A stretch of 62,888 nt of DNA, filler included, from Intoshia linei (GCA_001642005.1; 5 parts of 5 records of this genome joined end to end with filler, not necessarily neighbours in it), one strand, 5' to 3'. Shown: positions 13,701-27,671, counted from the first letter of the whole stretch. The notes: generated by a model from the letters alone, not told the origin. Translations and numbers: made by a program.

Positions 13701-15100
13701 ATGAAAAAAAGACGTAGAAATAAAATCAAAAATTATAAAGACTACATGTAACTCCACTAAACATAAATTTGGTTTATTTTTAACGTAGAGAAAATGTGAA
13801 TGAAAAAGAAAGAAAAAAATGTGAACGTTTTAAAAAATTGGTATCACTTTCTAAAGAATCCAATAAAAGTTTGAATAAAAAAATTAAAGAAGGTAATTAA
13901 TTTGGTTTAATTTAAATTAAATTAAAATTTGACTATATTTACAATTTTTTAAGAATTTAGTAATGTCAAGTATCGGGACGACTTGAAAGGTTCCAAAGTT
14001 CCATGCAAACCATTACAAAAGTTTAAACGAATGAACCATGAAATTAACGATAAAGTGTATTATCAAAGAATTACTTCAGAAACTGTGAAAATAATTCAAG
14101 AGATTAAACAAGAAGTTTTAGTTGAGGTAAAATTAAAATCGCTCATAGGGATAATTAAAAATTACTACTGTGTCATTAATTGATAAAGGAATTATGTAAT
14201 TGTTATTTTTTTAAAATTCAAACAGCATTTATTTATTTTCCTTATTTGTGGTATATTACTAAATATATTTTGGAGTTTATTACTAATTGCTTTTAAAGTT
14301 TAGTAATTTTAGAGTATTGATTATTCTTTTTATAAGGTCCATTCATTATAATGTTCATTGAATTATCTTGATCTTTAAGTTGTACAAATTAAATTTTTGC
14401 TGTTTAATTGTAGGTTCTAAGATTCATCATAATTTGTAGTTTATTTTCTTAATTTTGATTTATTTAACCCTTTACCAGTCTAAATAAATTTGTGATTATC
14501 AAGTTGAGAATTTCAAAACACGTCGATAATTAAATTTGAATTTATACCATCTAAAATTATCTAATACATTGTATTAAAAAATTACTAATTATATTAATAT
14601 CTAAATTATTTTCATAAGGACTGATAAAAATAATCTTTCCTTTTAAATATTAAAAAAACGATTATAGATTTACAAAAATCAGGTTTTAAAATCATAAATA
14701 AATTTTTACAACTACTATTTTTTATATTTACTTATACCACCAGTGGTTCTCAAACAGTGAAAGGTTAACTGATAAAGGAATTACAAATTTTCAAATGTAT
14801 TTGATTACATTTGTATTTTTAAAATCTGTGCAAGTAAACGTTGATATGTAACTTTTAGAAAGTTGCAGAAATGGCAAATGAAAAGGAAATAAGAATGAAA
14901 AAGAAAAGACTACAAAAAAAATTAATTGCTTCAAAGCAAGACGATCAAGATAAATTTAATCCAACACAAAGTTTTACTTATAAGCAATTTAAAACTGGTA
15001 CATTAATGTAATGTATTTATTTAATTTATTTTCTTTGCCAGATAAAATTGAATTTGGAGACATTGTACACGAACCTCCTAAATTTCGAAAAAAGATGTAA
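13701..15100 (+). CDS. CCDC137: CCDC137-like basic nucleolar protein (multi-exon)
   Basis: Lys/Arg-rich exons ending DKIEFGDIVHEPPKFRKKM*, matching the CCDC137 D-x-x-x-FGEVV-x-x-PP motif. Confidence 0.65.
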
Positions 15101-15990
15101 TATTTTTTATTTCTCACCCTACAGTTATTGACAAATTGTATTTAGTTTATCAAAATATAATTTTAACAATTCTCTTCAATAATTGATTAATCATTAATAA
15201 ATTGTATTTCTAGTCATTTGGATTTTTTTGGTAATGGCATACAAATGTGCATTAACTAATTTCTATATTTATTTAGTATTTTTTTTAATTGAATCAATAG
15301 TTTACGTGTCTTTTTATTTATAATGTTTTTACCATTATCGTCTGAGGAAATGGATGGTTTCAGTAAATTTTTTTAAATTTTAATTTTACTTTTATGTTCC
15401 CAATTCAGCTGTTTGGTAACCTTTTACTCTTTAAGGTTTTAAAAGTACAGATATCCAAATATGATAATAAAAAATTTAAGGTGAGAACTAACCGGAAATA
15501 TTGACTTGTGTGGTGGTCTGGTTTAAATCTAGGTAAGATTGATGATTTTCCTAAATCGATTATACTGCTTTGTAGAGTTCTGCAACATTATCGAACACGA
15601 TACGAACCAGAATCTTTAGAAATTTCTTCAGAACGGTCCAAAACATGTATATAAATTTTATAAATGGGAGTAGTTTTCATGAGAATTTAATTATCATAAT
15701 GTAAATTATGAACAACTTAGAAATATAAAAAGTTAGCCTTAAACGTCACGAAGTATTCGAAGGACCAGTGAAAAAAAATTTTAAAAAATTGGTACATAAT
15801 GTAGTGTGATTCAAATTTTTTGAATTATAATATTAAGTAATTCACAAAGTTATGTCGTTTTTATTGATACAATTGATTAGAAACGCTTTANNNNNNNNNN
15901 NNNNNNNNNNNNNNNNNNNNNNNNNNNNNNNNNNTTAATTAATTAANNNNNNNNNNNNNNNNNNNNNNNNNNNNNNNNNNNNNNNNNNNN

Positions 15991-16513
15991 GAGGTATGTA
16001 AATTAAAACCACTTTCATCCAAAAATAGGATTTTTCTGGCTCCACATTGTACCAATTTGTCACAATATGACCTTCTTGCATCATGGATACTCTCAGTATT
16101 GACGACTGAAGCCCGTTTTTTGATTTTTTTTAATTAATCGAGAAATGGTTGATATCGAAATGTTGGTATCAATTTCACAAAACTTTTTCTGTATACCAAT
16201 TAAGGTTAACGAGTTATCATCATTAATTATAGATCGTAATTCGTTTTCCGTAACAACATTATCTTTTTCTTTTCTTCCCTTTTTCCTATTAATATTTAAA
16301 TTTATATAATTTTAAAATGTACATGTATATGTCACGATATGAACAATTGGCAGAATTATCTTCTATTTTAACAATCGTTTTTCGAGTGCAATCTTTTGAT
16401 AGATTGGTGAGTTCTGATAGTTCGTTAATATTTTTCGTTTTATATAATCTTTCAATTGTTTCAAATGTATTTTTATCTACCACTTTTCTAATTTTTCTAA
16501 TATTTTCATGCAT
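15991..16513 (-). mobile_element. IS630/Tc1-like transposase N-terminal relic
   Basis: Tandem HTH-like segments (ISISTISRLIKK), then ILFLDE; interrupted by stops and cut by the gap. Confidence 0.65.
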
Positions 16514-16770
16514 AATATTGATAACACAATTAACTTTATCAAATAAACTTAAACTTTCTTTTATGAATCATTGCAACATAAAAAATGAAATAATATTTGA
16601 AAAAGTATTGTTCAAAATAATGTACTTCAGTATTTTTTAAAAAAGTTTTATATTTATGAAAACAAAATTTATATTCATGACAAACTCTGTAAATAGATTC
16701 TACCATAATTTCACAGAATAGTTATAGTTACAAGAAAAATTAAAAGATTAAAAAATAATATATTAAAATT

Positions 16771-17200
16771 TTATTTATTATTACAATTATTAGAATGACA
16801 CTTAGTATTGCATGATATATTTCTTTTTCTGCATTTACACCTCAGATTACATCCTTTTTTACAGTTGAATTTTGAGAATCCTTGGCCGTCCCCCACTGCC
16901 AATTTTGATGCTATTTTTCTGAGGTTTTCAGGTTGACATTTTTGTGATATTTGAATATCAAAATTAGTTATACATTTAGTCAATGAAAATGGGAAGTAGT
17001 GAGTTGTTAATAAACCTTCACTGGTAATAAGTTGACACTGACCGTGAACATTTATATTCGTAATATTTGCAAGAATGTTTGAGAATTCTCCTCTACCCTT
17101 ACCAACTAAAGGTATTGGCAATGTTACCTAATCACCTATGTTGATATCAGGTATTTTTTTTGTTTTATCATTATCATTGCTTGTTTCTCCAATGCCAATT
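16771..17200 (-). mobile_element. C-terminal relic of a KRBA2/Ginger-like integrase-type transposase
   Basis: IPLVGKGRG...NIL and GQGFSKFNCKKGCNLRCKCRKRNISCNTKCH Cys-rich tail. Confidence 0.6.
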
Positions 17201-17639
17201 TAATTTTTTTTATGGTCAAATGTAGAATGTCAACTCAATTGTACCTAATTTAATATTAATGAGTGTAAGCAAAATTGAAATAATACTTTTTCAAAATTTT
17301 CCAATTATTTTTTCTTTTGAGTTCATTATTTTGTAATTTTATTAGTCTTTCATAATATTCCCAATATTTATCAACACTTAATTTTTTAATATACTTGGTT
17401 TATTGCATTCATTTATTAAATCTTCCATTATGATAAAAATATGATTTAGAAATTTTTTATTATTTCGTTATGCGCTAAGCTTCAGTTACCAAAGAAAATT
17501 AATACATAAATTGAAATTGAATACAACGTTTATAATTTGAATTTTGCCTGTAACATATATATTATATGATTATATTTATGAATTATAATGAAAACTTTGA
17601 GATTAAATATACATTTAATTTTTATTAATTAATTTACAT

Positions 17640-18611
17640 TTAAGACTATAAATTTTGCAAATCTGATTGCATTTCTTGTTTTTGGGATATGCGATTAGTT
17701 TATCTACAGAACTTAACATATCTTGCCTTTCATCCTCGGATATGGATTGTTCAGCATCGTCCGTATATAAAATTTGAGATTATCATAAGTTCAGAATCGA
17801 TGTCACCAAAGTCCATATACCATTCTTCCCAACTAATCATACAAATTGTATAAGTTACATCAGTGTTTTCTTAATTTTATCATACAAAAAAATTTATTTG
17901 CCGATTTGTGATAAAAGTTTAAGAAACACTGATTTAAATAAATGTACAAGTTATCATCAAAATATGGGATAGATTTATGCGACCCATCAATAACATTCTT
18001 TGAGTGAACTGTTTAAGTCGTCACATTTTTTCATTACCAATATTATTATTAAATTTAAATTATTTAATAACGAATTTATTTATAAACGAGAAACTACTGT
18101 ATGTATTTTTTCTGGCCACTTTAATTTAAGTTTTAATATATTTGACAATTAATTGTCATATTCAAATAAGTTAACTGGGTTTTATATATTTTAACAATAA
18201 ATTTTAGCTGATTATATATTCTATGTGACTAGGCTGAACGACCACCTTGTGACCTGGGAAATTGTCTAAAAATAAACATATTTTTCGTTTCTGTTTTTTA
18301 AGATCTTTTTCCCATTTCATTAAAAAGCTATTAAATATCTGTGATGTCATCCAACTCTTCGCGTTGAAAAAATAATCGATGTGTTTTTCATATTGGAAAT
18401 TTCTAAAGCACCGCAGTAACTTCGATTTCCCAATTATAAGAGGTTTTAGTTTATCTGTTCCGGACATATTTACAATAAGAAGCACCGAAATCCTATCTTT
18501 AAAATTTTTTAAACCTTTTTTAACTTTAGTAGTAAGACTCGTGGTAGGCATCTGTTTAAAAAACAACCCGATTTCATCGGCATTATAAATTTTGGACTTT
18601 ACGGTTTTCAT
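17640..18611 (-). mobile_element. pogo/Tigger (DDE_1) transposase relic
   Basis: IYNADEIGLFF, KDRISVLL, KLKPLIIGKSK, WMTSQIF, CLFLDNFPGH. Confidence 0.9.
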
Positions 18612-18619
18612 GAATATTA

Positions 18620-19500
18620 AACTGATATATAACCTCCATAAAAAACATTAAAAATTGTTTGGGATTTTACATTGTTTATTATTTTTATGGTAATAATTCT
18701 ACTAATTCCCCTTTTAAGTAATCAATTACCAAGTAATGTATATTTTTATAAGTTTTTCCGTCAAAACATAATAAATATCCTGTAGTATCCTGTTTAAGTG
18801 CATCAATAAGTTGTAAGGTTATTGTTTAAATTGAAGTGGATTTTATTTGTGCAGCTATCCGTGAAATTGATTTTAATTGTAATTTATTAAATATTGCATT
18901 TGCTACAGTGATTGTTGATTTCATTGAAATTCCAGTATTTTCTGAAATGCTGGCCAATTCTTTTTCATTTAAATTATTTGTTCTTTTGGGAACAGATGGG
19001 ATGTAATTAAAATCATTCTTATATTTTATTTCAGTATCAGAAAATTTTTTAATTGGTTCGTATTTGCATTCTTGTTTTTCTGTTCTTTTCATTTAGGATG
19101 GATGAATATTAATCATTTCGACTATATTTGATACTCTACCAACATTGCAATCTGTATCAGTTTGTAATTGAAAAAACTTTTCATCTGCCATACAAATAAA
19201 TAGATTGGTTTTAATGTCGAATAATTTTGTCCATGAATTTTGAATATTTAATTTTTTCTGTTTTCCTTTTTTTTTTGTATTGTAATATTTACAGATTTTA
19301 ATGATTTTAATGCAGGTATTGATTTTTCTTATAACCTGTCTTATATTATGATGAAGAATACTACATTTTTCCCACAAATTTATTAACTCAGTAGCAATTT
19401 TTTTAACTGTGGACTTTTAACTGCCCTAGCATTGTTGAGGTGTAGTGTTGAGATTTTAATGTTTTATCAATCGTACTATCGTATTTTCTTAATTTCAAAT
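18620..19500 (-). mobile_element. hATm-like transposase N-terminal relic
   Basis: LWEKCSI...VIRKI...KLFDI...DEKFF...LASISENTGISMKS pattern, broken by stops. Confidence 0.5.
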
Positions 19501-20289
19501 TTATATTTTTTAAAAACCGAACGGAAAACCGCAAAAAACTGTTTTTGAATTGGAACAGTGGTTGGTTGATTGAAACGATTAACCGAAAACAGCTTTAAAA
19601 ACCAGTTTTTATCAATCGGTTCCCACCTCTGTATATACCTCAAAATATAGCTTTATGTCTTCTCTATTTAACTTATTGAGTGGAATATTTATTCGGCTGA
19701 ACAATGTTACTATTCTTAGTAATGCTAGAGTGAGCGTTTTCAATAAAATTTAATTGAAGTGACGTTACGTTTTGACTGTTCCATTTTTGAAGATTTTTCA
19801 TCAATGGGCACGATAATTATTATAATTGAAACCAAAATGTATGGATTATCCTTATTTGAATTTTTTTCTGTCTGCTTTTAAAAGATAAGTCTTTTTTTGT
19901 GTTATATGTTACAAAACGCTTAGAATCCCTGTTTTAAACGAAATTTTATGCTAAATATATATTTAACTTATGGTTTCATTTACTTTTAAACTATTTTAAA
20001 TCTTTTTTATATTATTTTATTTTAGATCAACTAAGTATGATTTTTCGTATTTATTAGTGCACTGTGATACTTCAAAGTCAATGTCTCGTCTAAAAAATAG
20101 TAATATTTTAAGATTTTATTTACATATTTATGTTAACAGGTGCATATAATGAATTCTAATATTGACATGTTTTGAGTTTCTATTATATGTATTATTATAT
20201 TATTACTAATATGTAATGTAATATTCAATAATAAATTAAAATGAACACAATTTAAATTAAATTGGACTTATCAATATCGACTGTAAAAT

Positions 20290-21956
20290 GCCAATATGCC
20301 CCCAAATATGATTTAAAACTGAAATATCATAGTGATTACATCAAATATGGTTTCACTTATACAAATTATAATGCAGGGGTGCACAACCTGCGGCCGTGAG
20401 AGCGTTTTTGTGTGGCAGTGGGAAATTCATGTAATCATAATGCAATATCATTTTATTTAAAATAGAAAAGTTTAAATCAGATTTTATTTAAGGGAAATTT
20501 AAAATATTTTAATCAAGGTTATATTTTTTACTTTGCTCTAGTTTCTCAAATTGGATTTAAAATTTCGAAATGTCAAAATAAACTCGTTTAGAATGATGCA
20601 AAATAGTATTTTGTATTATTATAATTGGCATATATAGTTGCCAGAAAGTGTGTAATTTTGCACATCTCTATAGATATGATTAATGTGAAATGAAATGGGT
20701 AAATGATAAAGTAGCCAGAAAAATATCACTACGTACTATCACTTTTAGTTTATTTGGAATAAATTTTAAGCCAAAAATTTTTATTCGTCATCATAGATAA
20801 GTAGTCTATTAATATTTATTAGTATTAACATGTAAGAACACATAATTAAACAAAAATTTAAAAAGTTTATTTTGTGTAAAATATACTAAACTATTAAATT
20901 TACGCGATAATATTATTCACCATTAAAAAAATTACTATATATTTATTTTTATTGTGTTAATGATTATGTTATTTTTATTATGTCTACTACTCTAATTTAT
21001 CGACTAATTGGTTTTTACTCGATCAATTTAGTATTGAAATTTTGTGCGGCCGTAGTATCAATGAGTAAAGTAGCTTTGCAACCGAAATGTTGGAAAGGTT
21101 TGCACCCCTGTTTTAATGGATATGAATTCCCAAGTGTATGATTTGTTTGAAAGAATTGACGGATTAATCTATGAAACTATAACAACTACAAATTCATCAT
21201 TTTTTTTAGTTTAGATTTTTTTAGATTTTCATTAGTCTTATCTTTTTTATATATAAATGACTTGTGTGACAAGAAATGAAGATTTTATAATAAAATTTAA
21301 TAAGAAGCGGGACCATGTTTTGAAGAATGTGAAATTTCATTAAAACAAAAGAAATTGCTGGAGGCGATTCGGATAGAAAAATTGCTAAAAAATCAGATAC
21401 AATTATTTTAGACTTACCGCCGAATGAATCTGATATTACAAATTAATCCATAATATTAAAGAAATTGAAACAATTAATTTTTAAACAGATATTACCCCTT
21501 AAAAACATGAAACGATAAAACAATAAGTTGATTCCAAGCACTGCATAACATGATAGCATAACAGTGGCAGATATGATTTATAATTTGGACCTTGAAGCAC
21601 ATCTAAAATTCAAAAAAAAACCAATGAGGAATTACAATCTCATCCAAGGACAGCTTATCTCATCTTAGAATTACATAAAAAAAAGAAGATATCAGATTAT
21701 ATTTCTAATAATTTTGTAACCTTAATAAATTTAAAAGACAATTTTTATTATCAATAGGAAAATTTTTAAATTAATGAATATATTTTATAATTTAAAAAAG
21801 GTTAAATTTTCCCGTTATATAATTTTAACAGAAAATGTGTAAAATAATGTGAGTTAAAAAATATTTTGTATTTGAATCTCAATGGTTATTATTATAAAAA
21901 TAAGTTTAAAATTAAAAAATCAACATGGACCGGAACCCAGGTTAAGAAGCCATGTA
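20290..21956 (+). mobile_element. Buster/ZBED-type hAT relic interrupted by a MITE
   Basis: KYHSDYIKYGFTY before the MITE; a degenerate P-x-CMICLKEL..SMK zinc-finger segment after it; hAT-like end GGTTAAGAAGCCATG. Confidence 0.6.
20374..21110. mobile_element. hAT-type MITE
   Basis: TIR CAGGGGTGCACAACCT...AGGTTTGCACCCCTG; 8-bp TSD ttataatg/ttttaatg. Confidence 0.85.
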
Positions 21957-22362
21957 TTAGGGTGTAATATTAGCTTATATTTATATATTTCTTATTGATG
22001 TTTTAACCTTTTCGCTGTCTAGTGCAATTTTATGTATCTATACTATCATCGTAGGTATGAAATTTATGATTTAATTTAAATTTTATAATTTTAAATTTCC
22101 GGTGTAAAAATATTGGAGGTATCTTCTCAATGCATTTCCTAGTCTTTCTTTGAACATTCAAAACGTGAGTATAAAATTTACATTTACTTAAAAACATATT
22201 CAATTTATTTTAATTCCCAAGCTTTAATATATCTCGGTTAAAATCGGTATTTAAATATTTATAATAAAAAAAATAACTGCAACTGTATGAAGCAAATAAA
22301 AATTCATCATTTTTGGGTATACTTGGATATTTTTAAAAGATGGTCTTATCATCCATTTGTGA

Positions 22363-25300
22363 ATGGATTCGAAAATCATACACATCATTCTTATTTATTT
22401 TGAGAACGAATACGAACATATGCTAAGCGTCATGCAAATTGTTATTAGAAAAAAATGATTTGACACCTTAGTTTATATTGCTCAAGCAGCGGAATGGTTG
22501 ATACTTTGTTTTTTAAATTTTACAATTTTATTTTTGTTAATTGTTATTTAATTTATAATAGAATATGCTGTAAAAATAAAGAAACCTTCTGCTATAACAC
22601 AGCTAGATAAAACCAGATTAGATATAAATGATTATCAAAGTATTCGTAGGATATCATGTTGTAATGGAAGCATAGGTTTGAATTTTTTACAGTGAGCGAC
22701 AGTGCGTTCAGATGAGAAACAATATTTTTCAAATATTTCGATTAAAATAAAAATTGAAAATGTAAATATTGATCCTACAATTTTAAAAATAAATGCATTG
22801 AACGTCTACACATTTCCAATAAAGAAATATGGGTGAAAATTTATATAATTCATTCCTTCGGAATTTTTTTTATTGATAAACTATTTTTAAATCTCAAATT
22901 CTCATTTTCAAAACATTTTGTTTAAAATTTAAATTAAAACTACAACAACGATTACTAAAAGTAATACAACTTTTATTATTATTATTTTGATTACAATGCT
23001 TTACAATATTGGAAAATTCATCTAAAATATGTTTATAAAGTACTTATTCCGTTAGTTATAGATACATAGATAATATACATAATTGCTATTTTTAAGTATT
23101 TATTAAATTGTTTCTGAATATATATTATCACATTGAAAATGACAAAATAGGTTTTTATAATAGAATTAAATAACAATAATTATAATTTTATTTTTTCTGG
23201 AATTTATGCTATTTATAACTTTTTAGGATTCGACTGTTTTTACTTTATTTTTAATATTATACACACAAATTACGATTTAATTATTAAATTATTTAGATGA
23301 AAAGTTTCTTCAAGAATACAGAATTAACGATTCCCCGAAATTGATGCAAACTTTGGATTCTAAAATATCTTATCACATTAAAAACACTCTACTTTTTGAT
23401 AATCCATTTAAAATGTTTAGTCTCTTTGATGCGGAAGTAAGATAATTTAAAACTTTACATTGTTCAACAAAATGCAACATTCCTTCATTCAACTTCCAGG
23501 GATATTTTTGTTTGTCCATAGATAAATTGAAATAATTAGACATTTTGAATACTTTATTGATTATATGACGTATAGTTCGCATATCAAAAAAATTATTTAT
23601 GCAATATGTCGTTATATACAATGTGCGTAATAAACATAGGTCCAATCGATTTATACTATTTTTGGGTCTATTAACATTAATTTGCATGAATATTTCGTCT
23701 CTATTAAAGAAGGTTTTAAAAAGTGTGCTGGTTGATACCATTAATTTTCTTCTGCCACTACTATACGAACCGTTTTTAGTGATAACTTATCACACAATAT
23801 CGTTAATTAGTCGCGAAATAAACATAGGAGACTTCAAATTAAAATCAAGTTTTTAACATATAATCAGATTTATATTTTTATTATGTTTATTAGGGTGATC
23901 ACCATATTCAAAAATCAAAAAGTATTTTTATTATCAGGATTATTAGTGATGGTGATCACTTTCCTGAAAAAATTATTCAAATTGGTTAAGTTTGGACCCG
24001 GCCACTTAACATTTTTGTGAGCCACTTTTTTATATTTAAAAAATATACAGGCCTTTTTTTGACAATGTACACATTATACATTTTAATTAAGGAGAAACGG
24101 TTCTAGTATATTAAATAAAATAAAATCCTGGTGGTTTGAAAATTCAGTATTAAAATGATTCTAATGAGCCAATTGTAGTAGAAAGTGGTTAAAACGGTGT
24201 TTAAAAGATGAAAAATATATAATTCACATATTTACGAAGGGCCATTGGATGCTGATCCCTGTTATAGACAGAGTTTACTGTATACACAAAACTACGTAAA
24301 AATTTTTATTTTTTTGAAAAAATATAAATACAATTTGTATATCAAAAATTATCTTAATAATTAAGAAATGCACCAGCAGTACTCATTGAGCAAATTTTTT
24401 ATTCTTTTTCCTTTGATTTTATGAAAATTGCCAATTGAAAATTATTATTAATTTATTTGAACAAATATAATTTTATTATTATATATTATATATATGTATG
24501 TTGCATAGAATGTGTACAACTGTGAAATATACACATTCCACGGGCAACTCGTAGAATGTATTTGACTAAGAATGTGTCTTAGACGCCAATTCAGAGTTAG
24601 ATACATAATTGATGCTTTGCTAACAACGAATTTACCAATTCAGTTAAATTAACAAGCTCATGTTTATTTTTAAATTGATTTGTATTTGTAAAACTTTCAT
24701 TTAATTAATATCAAACCATTTAATTACGATTCTTTTTCAACCAAAACATTCAAGAGGGGTTTTTAAGATTTTTAGAAAACAAAATAATTGATTAGTTATC
24801 ATTGATTTCTGTGTCAAATATCGTGTTTCCAGTTATAAATTTTATATTTAATAAATTGAATTAATTATTTTTAATCTTAATAATATATCCTGCCTTGTTT
24901 CGTTAATCTGTACTGTATACTGTACGACTTATCCATGAAATGTTTACATTCTACGACTTGCCCGTGGAATGTGTACATTCACAGTTGTACACATTCTATA
25001 CGACATGTATTTTAGGGGTGTGAATTTTTTCACTTTTTTGCGAAAATACAAAAGTGCCACCCCATACGTGGAAGATGGGGTTGAATGATACACAATTATC
25101 AAAAAATTATATAAAAAGGATTAAAAAAAACCCTGGGGCAGCACTTCAAAATATGAATAATGAGCAAAATTTAATTTATTTGTATAGTAAATTTCATAGT
25201 AATAATTATTTCCATAACAATTAATTTTAAATTTATATTTTTTTTATTTATTCAGTTTTCTCATTGGAATCGGTTTTTTTATCAATTCGGCGTTTATGAT

Positions 25301-27445
25301 TCGCTAGACGATAATTTTGCGCATCTTTATAGCTATTTGTATAAAAAATTTTATATTTAAAATAATATTTTTAAGAAAACTTTAGAGGCGATGCCCCAGG
25401 GTTTTTTTTAACAGTTGACAGGTAAGACTGGGTGCAAATTGAATATTTTCAAAATGTTCATATGGTGGAAGGGTATACTTTTGATATAAAAATTCGTAAT
25501 TTCCTAATGTATATATTATCATTAACAAATATTTTAATGTTACTTAGGATATTATCTTTTGTAATTTTAAATTATTAATTAAGATAACTTGAAAACTCTT
25601 CGATAAAATTTTGGGATATAAATTTTATATTACATCTGTTTTTGGAGCGGAGGATTTTTAGTGTTGAACAGTGTTATATACCAGAATTGCTTAAATCGTC
25701 TAAAAATAGATTAAACTATAATGAAATGTTTAATTACTTTTGCCATGAAGAATTGATTAAGAATATATAAAAACAATTTTTCATCATAAATACGCAATGG
25801 ATAAACCTTTTTAAATCATAGCCAAGTTATTAAAATTACAAAATATACCTCCTGATATCTGTTTTATTGAATATTACTTACATTTATGTTTAAAAATTCA
25901 CATTATTCAATTATTATGAAAACGTAAGCACTTGGTTCATTAGGGTTTATTTAGTAAAATATTTGCATACATTATTTTTTCGAATCATGTATAAAAGATG
26001 ATATAAATGTGTAAGATTCTTTTAATTTTTGATGATGTAGTTTGATAAAAAAGAAAACACGGATCGAATAAAAGTATATTTTGATTTCGATAATTATTCT
26101 GAACCGATAATTTTAACGATTTCAAAATTGGACGACGATGTAACTGTATACAATGTAATTGGATTAGCATGCTTTAGATATGTAAACGATCGAAAATACA
26201 AATTTTCCGATGTTTTTGAGTTATCTTAATTTAAATAAATGTAATTGTGTAAAATTAGAAATATTACAGTGGATGAATTGCAATTATACATCGCTGAAGA
26301 TGACGGCTCGATTGAAATAGACTTTCCCTCAATTGAACCAACGTTACTTTGTAGGGACATTAATTTTGACTCATTTGTTATTAAAGTGAAACCTATACCA
26401 AAAGAGCACATCTATGAAAATGATACCCTTATGTAATTTTCGGTTTTATTAGATGAGATGTGGATAAATTACATGAAAGTGTTTATATTTGATTTCATGA
26501 ATTCAATGTGGATTAAATAAATTCTATTAATTATTCTATTCTCGATAAAATGGTATACACCAGAGATCCCCAAACTTTTTTCATCGTGAACCTCATCATA
26601 AATAAAATTAAATTTTTTCTAGAATCCCTCAATAATTTTTCATTGGTTAGCGTTTTCCAACGTGCGACGTCTACGTGTCTTCATAACGGCTAAAATGTAA
26701 CTTAAATTTGATTTTAACACTGGTTTTCTATGGTAGGGGAATTTATTTTATCTATTTGAAACAGATACAATTTAAAATTGTATACATATTCTTCTCGATA
26801 GAAAATGAAAATAGAAGATGCTGCACAGCGATTGGGAAACGCTTACATGAGCCACTTTGGCCCCTCGTAAAAACTAAACATGATTTTGTTATTTAGAAAA
26901 AAAAATTACAGTCATGTCTTCAAAGAATTTGATGGTAATGCTGATTCTGAATTAAATGTTTTATTGACATGATTAATTATATTTATTTAGGTGGTGATAA
27001 CTCTAAAGAGCATGATGATAAATCACTAAAGTCAAATTTTACCGAAAAAGCATTCAGTTTAAAAATGTTTCGTAAATATAAACCAGATATCAATACTATA
27101 TTATGTATGTCTAATTCCTTTATTCTTACTTTTATGCATTAGCTATTTACAAGGATAAGATTGTAATTGACAGGAAAAACGGAAAACAAAAACGTCACTT
27201 TATGGACCAAATCTTGACTTGTTCCAAAATTGAGAAGAAATCAACAAAAAGTATATTTAACTATTTTAAATTGATTTATTATATATAATTAAACTCTATT
27301 AGAAATAATGTTCTTTCGAATAGGATATAAAACAAACAAGCACTATAAACAATACGAATTTTTTGCTGAATTTTCAATGTCACAAGAAATACTTGACTTG
27401 ATTCGAAAATATACGACCAATGTTGCTGACTCAAATTTAAACTAA
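22363..27445 (+). CDS. MAPKAP1: TORC2 subunit SIN1 (multi-exon; start codon uncertain)
   Basis: Phase-consistent exons: 23297-23436 (DNPFKMFSLFD), 26041-26432 CRIM domain (VIGLACFRY; LYIAEDDGSIEIDFP), 26991-27445 PH domain (ILSIYKDKIVID...FRIGYK...YEFFAEFSMSQEI). Confidence 0.8.
24497..25007. mobile_element. MITE with ~65-bp terminal inverted repeats in a SIN1 intron
   Basis: ATAGAATGTGTACAACTGTGAA...CCACGGGCAACTCGTAGAATGTA and its near-perfect reverse complement at ~24945-25007. Confidence 0.85.
25123..25410. repeat. Inverted-repeat element
   Basis: AAAAAAAACCCTGGGGCAGCAC...GCGATGCCCCAGGGTTTTTTTT. Confidence 0.65.
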
Positions 27446-27671
27446 ATTAAATTGTTTTATTTCGAATTAATCAATTAATTCCTCATATAATGCGATTTAA
27501 ACTTTTGAAATTAATTAAGTATTGTTATTTGTAGATATTATAATGGTTGACGCGATATGTGGAAAATTGTGTATCTAAATAATTATACATAGTAATCAAT
27601 ACAATTGTATATTGAATTATTAAAATTTTTTGATAAATTTGTATAATTTTATTTTTTCGTCGGCGATTATA

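Noticed and set aside
15300-15720. Possible 3' exons of a minus-strand gene
   Set aside because: No consistent reading frame or family could be established, and the region is cut by a gap
22114-22165. WRYLLNAFP, resembling a TBC-domain motif
   Set aside because: No further TBC motifs follow; the downstream exons are explained by SIN1
23373-23856. Overlapping ORFs of 122 and 85 aa
   Set aside because: They derive from a dispersed repeat and, for the minus ORF, the antisense of a SIN1 exon
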